DNA of 28,198 bases from an uncultured Candidatus Poseidoniales archaeon. Its GTDB lineage: Archaea; Thermoplasmatota; Poseidoniia; Poseidoniales; CAYMED01. Location of the stretch: contig CAYMED010000022.1 in assembly GCA_964389655.1 (NCBI GenBank), positions 1 to 28,198 of the forward strand, in the 5' to 3' direction. The notes beneath the pieces are model-generated. The model was given only the letters and a program-made list of their open reading frames with translations, did not search any database and was not told the origin of the DNA. Positions 16,837 to 24,837 of the stretch are shown here, piece after piece (position 1 is the stretch's first letter; every line of letters begins with the position of its first letter). The translations under genes were made by a program, and so were the position numbers.

Positions 16837-18216
16837 ATGTGGAGGGGTGTGGACGACAAACAAGAGGTGGGCGGGATACCGCCGGATGGGGTGACGTTTG
16901 ATGTCATTGTCGTTGGAGGGGGGCCCGGAGGTTCTGGAGCGGCGGGTTATCTTTCTCGAATCGGCCTACAGGTATTATTGATTGAAAAAATGGATTTCCC
17001 ACGAGACAAAATTTGCGGAGATGCAGTTGGGGGAAAATCAATATCCCACATTGAAATGTTGGGTGCGGGAAAAATAATCAATGAAATTTCAGAATATTCT
17101 GTCACATCAATTCTATTTTCATCGCCCGCAGGGCATGAAGTTGATGTTCCATTAGGAGATGATGAACATGGAATGATTGCAGGATATTGTATCCCTCGAC
17201 TTAAACTCGACAAGGCACTTTTTGATGCAGCCTCAGAGCATGTCTCAAAAAATCAGGGTTGTGTAGTCAAAGGAGGAACAGTAACCGGCATACAATTTTC
17301 AGGTGATGAAACACAAGACAACTTAAGTCATGGAGGAGGGGATTCTAGAAAAGCTGTTGGAGTTGAAGTGAAATTTAGTAGTGGAGAGAAAAGAATTTGG
17401 AAAGCCGAACTAATTGTGGGCGCTGCCGGGCACTCTTGCCCAGTGGCAAGAACTTTGATTACGGAAACATATGGGGTGGATACATTTGTTGAACGTGACC
17501 ATTATTGTGGGGGATGGAGAGAATACTGGGATGGTGTTGAAGGTTGCGAAGGGGAAAAGGGGAAAATTGAAATCCATTTTGTGGATGAAGTAAACCCTGG
17601 ATATTTTTGGATATTCCCTGTTGGTAAAGGGAGGGTAAATGTTGGGATGGGAATGTTAATGTCAGAACTTGATCGGAAAAATCAGAAATTAAAGAAAATG
17701 CAATCGCAGATTATCAAATCACACCCAATATTCTCATCACGTTTTCGGGACGCATCAATTGTCAGGGGTTCGGGGAAGGGATGGCTTCTTCCCTTTGGTT
17801 CACCTCGAAAGAAAAACAAAAAGTATCAACCAAGAAGAATTTTTGGAAATGGTGTTGCATTGGTTGGGGATGCTGCTTGTTTAGTAGATCCATTTAGTGG
17901 AGAAGGTATTGGGAACGCACTTTTTTCAGCAAAAATATTGGCTGATATAATTGAAGAATCAAACTTTTCTAAAAACGGGTGGGGGGTCGCATTAGGGGAA
18001 CAATATCAGGCTGAAGTATGGAAAAAATTGGGGCCTGAACTGACAAATTCTTACAGACTTCAACGAATGTTGAGACGAAAGTGGTTGGTGAACCGGTTTG
18101 TAAAGCGAGCGTCCAAGCGGGCTGGCTTGCGAAGGGCAATGACTGAAATGATTGCTTCAAAGGAAGAGCAAACAAAAATGAGAAGCATTGCTTTTTTGTT
18201 ACGTGCCGTCATATAA
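16837..18216 (+). CDS. Geranylgeranyl reductase-family FAD-dependent oxidoreductase
   Basis: DVIVVGGGPGG, FPRDKICGDA, PR..LD..L, PGYFWIFP, NVG.G, LVGDAA.LVDPFSGEGI..AL.S. Confidence 0.9.
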   Translation: MWRGVDDKQEVGGIPPDGVTFDVIVVGGGPGGSGAAGYLSRIGLQVLLIEKMDFPRDKICGDAVGGKSISHIEMLGAGKIINEISEYSVTSILFSSPAGHEVDVPLGDDEHGMIAGYCIPRLKLDKALFDAASEHVSKNQGCVVKGGTVTGIQFSGDETQDNLSHGGGDSRKAVGVEVKFSSGEKRIWKAELIVGAAGHSCPVARTLITETYGVDTFVERDHYCGGWREYWDGVEGCEGEKGKIEIHFVDEVNPGYFWIFPVGKGRVNVGMGMLMSELDRKNQKLKKMQSQIIKSHPIFSSRFRDASIVRGSGKGWLLPFGSPRKKNKKYQPRRIFGNGVALVGDAACLVDPFSGEGIGNALFSAKILADIIEESNFSKNGWGVALGEQYQAEVWKKLGPELTNSYRLQRMLRRKWLVNRFVKRASKRAGLRRAMTEMIASKEEQTKMRSIAFLLRAVI

Positions 18217-18232
18217 TTATGAACTAAAGGGG

Positions 18233-19027
18233 ATGATTGTGCCAAGAATTTCCTTTCTAGATCGATTGTGTGACGCTGTTGGACCAATCTCATTGGCCTA
18301 TTTTAGGTCTGAAATGGCGATTGAAAATAAATTGGGAGAAGAGGGTTTTGACCCAGTAACTCAAGCAGATAAAGAAATTGAGACCTCTTTGAGAAAAATG
18401 ATTGAAAATGAATTTCCAAAAGATGGGATACTTGGTGAAGAATTTGGAGAAAAAATTGGTTCGTCGGGGTGGAGGTGGATCATTGATCCAATCGATGGAA
18501 CGAGATCATACATTACTGGACGACCAACATGGGGGATTCTAATCGCACTTCAACATGAAGGTTATTCCGTTGCAGGAGTGATGGACCAGCCCTTTACTGG
18601 AGAGAGATTTATTGCTCGAGAAGGAATTGCAACCTTGCAACATCAAGGTGAAATAAAGGAATTGAAAGTGAGGGGTTGTGTCTCTTTGGAAAAAGCAATT
18701 ATCCATACAACGGCACCACACAACATCGGCCACCTAGGGCGGAGAAAAAAGGTAGAAGAAATAATCAGTTCTTCAAAAATGGCGCGGGTTACGCAGGATG
18801 GATATACGTGGTGTATGCTTGCCTTTGGAGGAATTGATGCCGTTGTTGATCATTGGAATTTAATGCCATATGATATTCAACCAATGATTCCAATTATTGA
18901 AGCCGCTGGTGGCATTATTACCCATTGGGATGGAAGGGAGGTTCGTGGGGGGGGACGAATTCTTGCTGCCGGAGATCGGCGGGTTCATCAACAACTGCTC
19001 GACTTATTGTCTGGGGAGGACCTCTAA
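18233..19027 (+). CDS. Inositol monophosphatase family protein, HisN-like (histidinol-phosphate phosphatase)
   Basis: FDPVTQAD, GILGEE, WIIDPIDGTRSY, DQPFTGERF, PYDI..IIEAAGG. ATG 18233 avoids overlap with the upstream gene. Confidence 0.85.
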   Translation: MIVPRISFLDRLCDAVGPISLAYFRSEMAIENKLGEEGFDPVTQADKEIETSLRKMIENEFPKDGILGEEFGEKIGSSGWRWIIDPIDGTRSYITGRPTWGILIALQHEGYSVAGVMDQPFTGERFIAREGIATLQHQGEIKELKVRGCVSLEKAIIHTTAPHNIGHLGRRKKVEEIISSSKMARVTQDGYTWCMLAFGGIDAVVDHWNLMPYDIQPMIPIIEAAGGIITHWDGREVRGGGRILAAGDRRVHQQLLDLLSGEDL

Positions 19028-19824
19028 TGCCCATTCCGCCGAATTGTCCCACATTGGATGATGTGAAACTTGTTTTTATCGACCTTGATGGGACGGTTCA
19101 TTTGGGTTGGGAACCAATTGATGGGGCGGTAGATGCAATTGAGATTATAAGAGAATCAGGGAAGGAGGTTCGTTTCCTTTCAAACAATTCCTCAAAGTCA
19201 GCCTCACAATACTGTGAAAAATTGCACTCAATTGGGATTCAAGTTGAACTTCATGAAATCATTCTATCAACACATGGGTTAATTGATGCGCTGATTGAAG
19301 AAAAAATAAAAGATATTTTCCTTGTTGGTACAAAAGAAATGGCTGAAATGATACATGGTGCTGGAATTCATACAGATGGAGTTGTACCAGAAATCGTCGT
19401 CCTTGGATATGATACTGAATTAACATATGATAAATTGGCAAAGGCATCATTACACCTACAAAAAGGCGTTCCTCTTTGGGCGAGCCATCCCGATCTTGTT
19501 TGTCCATCCCCTGAGGGAGACCTGCCAGATGTAGGTTCGATTCTCACATTGTTTGAAACCTCTTGCGGAGTTACACCATCAAGAGTTTGTGGAAAACCAA
19601 ATTTATCCATGGTCAAATCTGCATTGAGTAAAGAAAATTGTTCGCCTCAAGAAGCAGCTATGATTGGAGACCGTATTTCTACAGATCTAGAGTTAGCGAG
19701 GGTTAGTGGTATGCGAAGTATTCTTGTCCTTAGTGGAGAAGCAAAGCAATCTGATGTTGAGGCGCTTCCAAAGCACATGCTGCCAGATTTAACTGTTGAA
19801 TCACTCAGATTCCTTTTCAATTGA
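19027..19824 (+). CDS. HAD-superfamily subfamily IIA hydrolase (NagD-like phosphatase)
   Basis: DLDGT, FLSNNS, GKP, MIGDR..TD, LVLSG. The start is coupled to the upstream stop (TAATG at 19025-19029), with RBS GGGGAGG. Confidence 0.92.
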   Translation: MPIPPNCPTLDDVKLVFIDLDGTVHLGWEPIDGAVDAIEIIRESGKEVRFLSNNSSKSASQYCEKLHSIGIQVELHEIILSTHGLIDALIEEKIKDIFLVGTKEMAEMIHGAGIHTDGVVPEIVVLGYDTELTYDKLAKASLHLQKGVPLWASHPDLVCPSPEGDLPDVGSILTLFETSCGVTPSRVCGKPNLSMVKSALSKENCSPQEAAMIGDRISTDLELARVSGMRSILVLSGEAKQSDVEALPKHMLPDLTVESLRFLFN

Positions 19825-20469
19825 AAATAATAATTTTCGGATTCCATGCCGGGAAAACAATAAACCAATCAAAAAAACAGCAGTCCATTCTAATGCTGCT
19901 GCAATAATGAGAATGTTGGAGCGCGGCAAATCTAGAATGTGTTCATCTGCTATGCCCTTCATTCCAATCCATGTGCATATGCCCATAAGACTTCCAATTA
20001 GCAAGATGAAATATACTATCATTTGATCGAAAAAAGGAAGAGGCCTTATTACATCAAAACGGTGAAAATATATCCAAAAAGAGCAGCCCCCAAATACTGC
20101 GATTGTCCCAGCTTGATGGACGGTTCGAAAATTGATCCAATCAAAATTTGCTAGAATAATCAAACCAATTCCTGCGCCTATTAAACATATTAATGGAATA
20201 TGCGGGGGTTGCGTATTGGAATGAGGGTTTTTTTCCTCTATTATACCCAAACAAATGATAGCTATGCCGATCAAAGTTAGGCCATATTTGAAGATAAAAG
20301 AAGCGGGGGGGTGAAATGCCAACTCAGAGATATATGGAATCGCCGGCATTGGATGCTCGGAAAATAAATTCAATACTTGAGAAAATACAAGAATAATCGT
20401 GGCAACAACTGTAAAAAAAATAAATGAAAAACCAATTATGCGCTCATTACGATTTGCAGACAATAACAC
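19801..20469 (-). CDS. Frag1/DRAM/Sfk1-like (TMEM150/PGAP2-related) multi-pass membrane protein
   Basis: About 6 TM helices; PYISE...PP.S.IF after TM1, H..G...FG in TM4, and AALEW in the last TM. Confidence 0.7.
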   Translation of the reverse strand: MLLSANRNERIIGFSFIFFTVVATIILVFSQVLNLFSEHPMPAIPYISELAFHPPASFIFKYGLTLIGIAIICLGIIEEKNPHSNTQPPHIPLICLIGAGIGLIILANFDWINFRTVHQAGTIAVFGGCSFWIYFHRFDVIRPLPFFDQMIVYFILLIGSLMGICTWIGMKGIADEHILDLPRSNILIIAAALEWTAVFLIGLLFSRHGIRKLLFSIEKESE

Positions 20470-20515
20470 CCCCGAAAGGCGAGGACATGAAGTAGGCTGG
20501 CCCCAATTGATTCAC

Positions 20516-21931
20516 ATGAATGGCGATTTGGGGGGGGATTTGAACCCCGCCGCCGGGTGTGATATTGAAACACTACCCGAAGCAAACCGATGGCCCATGC
20601 CCCCAATATCTAGGGCCATTGCGGATCGTTATCTGGCAATGGGAATTATTGATGACCCAATTCTTCATGCTGCTTTTTCTGAAGTTGAACGTGATGATTA
20701 CTTGCTCAATCCCCCACCTGGTGTTCCAAACACATTAGGCAGGACTGCATTGACTCTTCCATGGCATCCAGATGCTGCAGCATCCGGTGCGTTGATTCCA
20801 AGTCACTTTGAAGTTGCTCAAGTTATGAGTGCTTTGGGAATAATTTCAGGTGAAAGAATTTTATTAATCGGGCCAAGGGGGCTTTGGATCGCAAATCTAA
20901 TGGAAATAATGGGGGTTTCTGAAATATTGGTGATCGATCCTATCGAAGAAAGGATTCCATACTTGGAAGAAAGAAATGATGGAGAAATAATTCAAATCGG
21001 GGGGCTTGCTGAATTGAGTTTGGCACTAGATGGGGAATTGTGGGATCGAATATTAATCACATTATCTCTGAAAGAAGCACCCCATCAAGTCCTCCGTTCT
21101 TGCCGAATTGGAGGACGGGTGATAATGCCAATTCAGGAAAAAAAGGGTGAAGCGATCCCTCAATTTGCTGTTTTCGATATCCTTGGAGATGGATATGCCG
21201 AACGCGAAAGTAGAGGACTATGGAATGCTGATCTTGCCCCATTCAATTTGGGATTGGTATTGGGCTGTCCTGATCAAGAGACTGAAATACCCGTTATTGA
21301 GGAAGAGGCGAATCCGTTGATGGCATGGATGGTTTGCGGATCTGATCCAATTCGAGATCGATTTGGCCCACGTGCAAGATTATGGCATTTACTATCAGTT
21401 TGGGATATAGATTCGATTGAGAGAAACGAATCTTCTGATTCGTTAGAAGAAGATGTTCGGCGCTCTCTTGCTGACGATTTGCACCGCTTTGGAACGTTAC
21501 TAGCTGAAATTGGAATACATCCTATGGCAGTTGAACATCTAGGCACGTCCCACATGGTGTCTCCCTCTGCTGAAGCAGCCACAGATCTAGGAGCAGTGCT
21601 TGCAAGAATGGGAGAAAGGGAAGAAGGAAAGGGTTGGATGAAGAAGGCATTGGAATATGACCCCACCTTAGCTGAAACTTGGGCAGTGGTGGGGGGAGTT
21701 ATGATCGATGAAGGAGATATTGCTGGTGCAATACCTTGGTATGCCGCTGCAATCCAGGCGCCTAGAAGTAGGGAAAAATCAACCATTTGGCTCGGATTAG
21801 CTCGAGCACATGAAGAATTGGGGCAAAGAACTGCAGCGTTTTTATCGGCGCAACGAGCCATTGAAGAAGGAGGGGGCAATTCAGAAGAAGCCCTTGAATT
21901 ACTCAAGAGATGTGGAGAAGGACTCGTTTGA
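20516..21931 (+). CDS. Protein-L-isoaspartate O-methyltransferase (PIMT)-like domain, degenerate, fused to C-terminal TPR repeats
   Basis: GIIDDPILHAAF..VER..Y, L.I..GERIL.IG, WDRILIT, GGRVIMPI. The C-terminal helical repeats (LGAVLARMG...KALEYDP..AETW, WLGLARAHEELG) are TPR-like. ATG 20516 avoids overlap with the divergent gene. Confidence 0.78.
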   Translation: MNGDLGGDLNPAAGCDIETLPEANRWPMPPISRAIADRYLAMGIIDDPILHAAFSEVERDDYLLNPPPGVPNTLGRTALTLPWHPDAAASGALIPSHFEVAQVMSALGIISGERILLIGPRGLWIANLMEIMGVSEILVIDPIEERIPYLEERNDGEIIQIGGLAELSLALDGELWDRILITLSLKEAPHQVLRSCRIGGRVIMPIQEKKGEAIPQFAVFDILGDGYAERESRGLWNADLAPFNLGLVLGCPDQETEIPVIEEEANPLMAWMVCGSDPIRDRFGPRARLWHLLSVWDIDSIERNESSDSLEEDVRRSLADDLHRFGTLLAEIGIHPMAVEHLGTSHMVSPSAEAATDLGAVLARMGEREEGKGWMKKALEYDPTLAETWAVVGGVMIDEGDIAGAIPWYAAAIQAPRSREKSTIWLGLARAHEELGQRTAAFLSAQRAIEEGGGNSEEALELLKRCGEGLV

Positions 21932-21967
21932 GTATCTTCGATAAGGCGAGTCCTATTGGGATAAGCG

Positions 21968-22771
21968 ATGAAGTGGTTGGATGCACTTGCTGTGCGCCAA
22001 GATGAAGTCGATTCAACTGTTGGTCAGCGCCTGTTAGAACGAATAGAAATGACTGGATCATCCGTTATGTTATCGGTTGACGGAGACGACCCTGGCGCTC
22101 TAGCTGAACTTATTGAGAAAACGGCACCACATCTGGCTGCAGTAAAAACACACAGAGACCTAATCTGTGCGGCAAAAGACTCCATGTGGGGGGATGTTGT
22201 AAGTGTCTGTAAAAAACACGGATTGCTGATCATGGAAGATCGTAAATTTGCTGATATTGGAGCGATATCCGAAAAACAAATCAGAGGAATGGGATCAATC
22301 TCGGAATGGGCTGATTTCGTAACTGCCCACGCTATTAGTGGGCCCGACATTATTGATGGGTTGATTGCTGGGTGGAGGGAAATTGGAAAGAAAGGGGGGG
22401 TGGTGCTGCTTGCTCAAATGTCGAGTAGAGACAATTTACTCACTCCCGAATATTCAAGATTAGTAATTGAAATGGGAGAGAAAAGGGAAGGCGTAATTGG
22501 TTATATTGGAAATGGAAGTGATCCTAGGGAATTGGGGCAATTGCGGCATCTTATCTCTAACAAGAAACTCTTGCTTACTCCGGGCATTCATCCAACCGCG
22601 AGTAAGGGAAAACGAGGACAAAGATATGGAACGCCCGAAGCGGCAATTGCGGCAGGCGCGGATTTAGTGATTATAGGGAGAGGAATATATGCTGCAGATA
22701 AACCTGAAAACGCTGTGAAAATCTGTGCTGAACGCACCAGAGATGGGCTTGAAAGGAGGTTGTTCGGATAA
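21968..22771 (+). CDS. pyrF: Orotidine-5'-phosphate decarboxylase
   Basis: SVD, VKTH.D, EDRKFADIG, LLAQMSS, LTPGI, GQRY.TP, IIGRGIY. Confidence 0.95.
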   Translation: MKWLDALAVRQDEVDSTVGQRLLERIEMTGSSVMLSVDGDDPGALAELIEKTAPHLAAVKTHRDLICAAKDSMWGDVVSVCKKHGLLIMEDRKFADIGAISEKQIRGMGSISEWADFVTAHAISGPDIIDGLIAGWREIGKKGGVVLLAQMSSRDNLLTPEYSRLVIEMGEKREGVIGYIGNGSDPRELGQLRHLISNKKLLLTPGIHPTASKGKRGQRYGTPEAAIAAGADLVIIGRGIYAADKPENAVKICAERTRDGLERRLFG

Positions 22772-23049
22772 TTGCTAAAGCTATTGTATGGGGATTTCTC
22801 ATATCCATTTGGATTGGCATATTATGGATTATAGTGCATCATTTTTCATTACGAAAAGAGCTTGATGAACGGCTGATCCTAAAAGATTCTTCTCTTCTTG
22901 TTGATCCTAGGGTTATTGTTGAAGAAGTAATTCAGACCCCATTTGGGACTCAAATTCTTCCTCCAGGAAGTCAAGTGGTTTTAAGGGGGGAATCTGCACT
23001 TGAAATACAAAAAAATATTTCACAGGGATCGGGTGAAAGAATCAAATAG
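22768..23049 (+). CDS. Small single-pass membrane protein with a probable non-canonical start (ATA 22768 or ATT 22771)
   Basis: The frame of track ORF 22834..23049 is open back to TGA 22750-22752 and encodes the TM helix IIAKAIVWGFLISIWIGILWIIV. RBS GGAGGT at 22755-22760 lies 7 nt before ATA. Confidence 0.6.
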   Translation: MIAKAIVWGFLISIWIGILWIIVHHFSLRKELDERLILKDSSLLVDPRVIVEEVIQTPFGTQILPPGSQVVLRGESALEIQKNISQGSGERIK

Positions 23050-24172
23050 ATTTAAGCCACAAATTAAAGCAGGACCTCCACCTTATTTGAATAAAAAGCC
23101 AACCAATAATCGAGAGACAGAAAAGGCTGATTGTAGCATAATATAGTGTCGAAGAATTTTGACCCATTGGGTATAATGAGGTGCTTCCAAATCGGAAGAG
23201 AAGAAGATAAGTTGGCACCATCATGATGATGGTCTCAAATTGTCCACCAATTGGTGTGTGGCCTTGATCTAGAGTTGCGCCGCGTATCCAGGCCCCAATT
23301 GCTGCTTGATGAATAAGTAACATCAATCCTGAAAATCCCATTAATAATACCATTACCACGGGTTTATCAAGAATTAGGGGCCAAAAAAGGTGAAGTAATA
23401 TTGTTGAAATAATAGGTAATATGGTAAATAAAAATAGAATAAATGCACCTGCCTTTCCAGAACCACGGTTTGCTACTTCCATCAATTTCCCTGAAGCGAA
23501 AATGGGCCATAATATACCAAAAATTCCACAACTTAAGAGAATCAAAAGAAGATGAGTAAATGGTTTTAGGCCTGTTTGGGGGGAAGATGGGGGCGTTGGG
23601 GTGCGATGATGATCTTTTTTAGACACAATAGATATTTCACCTGGTGCTGACAAATGCTCTGATTTCTTTGATCGCTCTCTTGCTTCAGACTTCTGCAGAG
23701 AAGCTACCTTCTCTCTCAGAGCATCATCGTCATCAGGATATAATTGGTCAAGATCTGCCAAACCAGGAGATGAAGGGATGGGTCCAATAACGGATTCCCA
23801 GATTTCATCAAGCACTGCCTGAGTTACTGGCTTTTCGACGAATGCGACCGCACCAGATGAATAAGTGGCATCTTCTCCAAGTTGTCGTAAACGTCTAGGA
23901 GCTGTAAGGATAATTCTAGCATTTTTATTGTTTTCTTTCATTTCTAGTGCTGCAATATGGCCATCCAAAGATGGAATATCTAATGATAAAACAACTAAAT
24001 CAGGAGATTCGCTGATGAAATAATCTACCGCATCATCACCGTCTGAAATTTCAACAGAACGATATCCGCGTTGCTTTAGCAATTCTTTCCAGCGTCGTCG
24101 TGGTCTCTCTGAATGATCTACAATAAGGGCAAGCGGGGCTGCCCCATCTTTGACCTCAGAAACACGCGCCAC
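23042..24172 (-). CDS. Atypical response-regulator receiver domain fused to a C-terminal multi-pass membrane domain (DUF4234-like)
   Basis: ALIVDHS, PDLVVLSLDIPSLDG, IILTA, GA..FVEKP. The membrane part begins LLLILLSCGIFGILW. Confidence 0.82.
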   Translation of the reverse strand: MARVSEVKDGAAPLALIVDHSERPRRRWKELLKQRGYRSVEISDGDDAVDYFISESPDLVVLSLDIPSLDGHIAALEMKENNKNARIILTAPRRLRQLGEDATYSSGAVAFVEKPVTQAVLDEIWESVIGPIPSSPGLADLDQLYPDDDDALREKVASLQKSEARERSKKSEHLSAPGEISIVSKKDHHRTPTPPSSPQTGLKPFTHLLLILLSCGIFGILWPIFASGKLMEVANRGSGKAGAFILFLFTILPIISTILLHLFWPLILDKPVVMVLLMGFSGLMLLIHQAAIGAWIRGATLDQGHTPIGGQFETIIMMVPTYLLLFRFGSTSLYPMGQNSSTLYYATISLFCLSIIGWLFIQIRWRSCFNLWLKSI

Positions 24173-24220
24173 GAATTGAAGAAAGACGGGTGCAACTTGA
24201 AGCGATCGCAGATTATACCA

Positions 24221-24592
24221 TCATTCATCTTCATCCACTGCAATTTCAACCGATGCGGAAGAGGGATTTGTAAACGAAGATTTAAGCTCGTTTGCTAACT
24301 TTTCTTCATCTTCTTTCTTTTGGAAACGATTCGGGGCTTGAACAAACTGCATTTGAAGTTCTGAAATTATACCTTTGAGCAAACGATCTTCAACTGTGTT
24401 GAGATTATTTCGAGTTCGTTTTTCTAGCACCTTGAGCAATTCGATCGCTTCTCGTGCTTCATCGAGATTCAATATGCGTCCATCATTTGGGTGATCAAGA
24501 AAACCGAGAGAAATTAGGGCAGAACGCTGTAACATCTGCACAAGACCAAAGAAGCGTTTTGACTCTTCGCTCTCTAGAACTTGATCTTCCAT
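24221..24592 (-). CDS. DUF1844 domain protein
   Basis: FFGLVQML..SALISLG...P..G...NLDEAR..IELL..L..RT..NL...E..LL...I.ELQMQFV matches the DUF1844 pattern as I recall it. Confidence 0.8.
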   Translation of the reverse strand: MEDQVLESEESKRFFGLVQMLQRSALISLGFLDHPNDGRILNLDEAREAIELLKVLEKRTRNNLNTVEDRLLKGIISELQMQFVQAPNRFQKKEDEEKLANELKSSFTNPSSASVEIAVDEDE

Positions 24593-24648
24593 GGCTTCCG
24601 GAAATGTTACTTATTCATGGATTATACGGAAAATATGACTTGTGAATA

Positions 24649-24687
24649 GGGGTTAAAACTACGATCACTGATCTCTTCGCAAACCCC
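24649..24687. promoter_or_regulatory. Dyad-symmetric element GGGGTT-N8-GATCA-C-TGATC-N8-AACCCC
   Basis: Inner and outer inverted repeats share one centre (24668); intergenic, upstream of the DUF1844 gene. The function is inferred only. Confidence 0.4.
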
Positions 24688-24837
24688 CCATCACTTCTCG
24701 AGGATAAACCACGACAAAGAGGATGGATGGTCAAGGTGGTCCGCTAGGGTTGTCAAATAGGGAATCGTACATGCTAGGGATTTGGTTTTCGTACTTTAGA
24801 GCAAAATTGAAGAAATATGAAAATTATCTGCTCATTC

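Noticed and set aside
21274-21906. 210-aa minus-strand ORF
   Set aside because: Antisense to the TPR region, with Ser/Ala-rich composition typical of a shadow frame.
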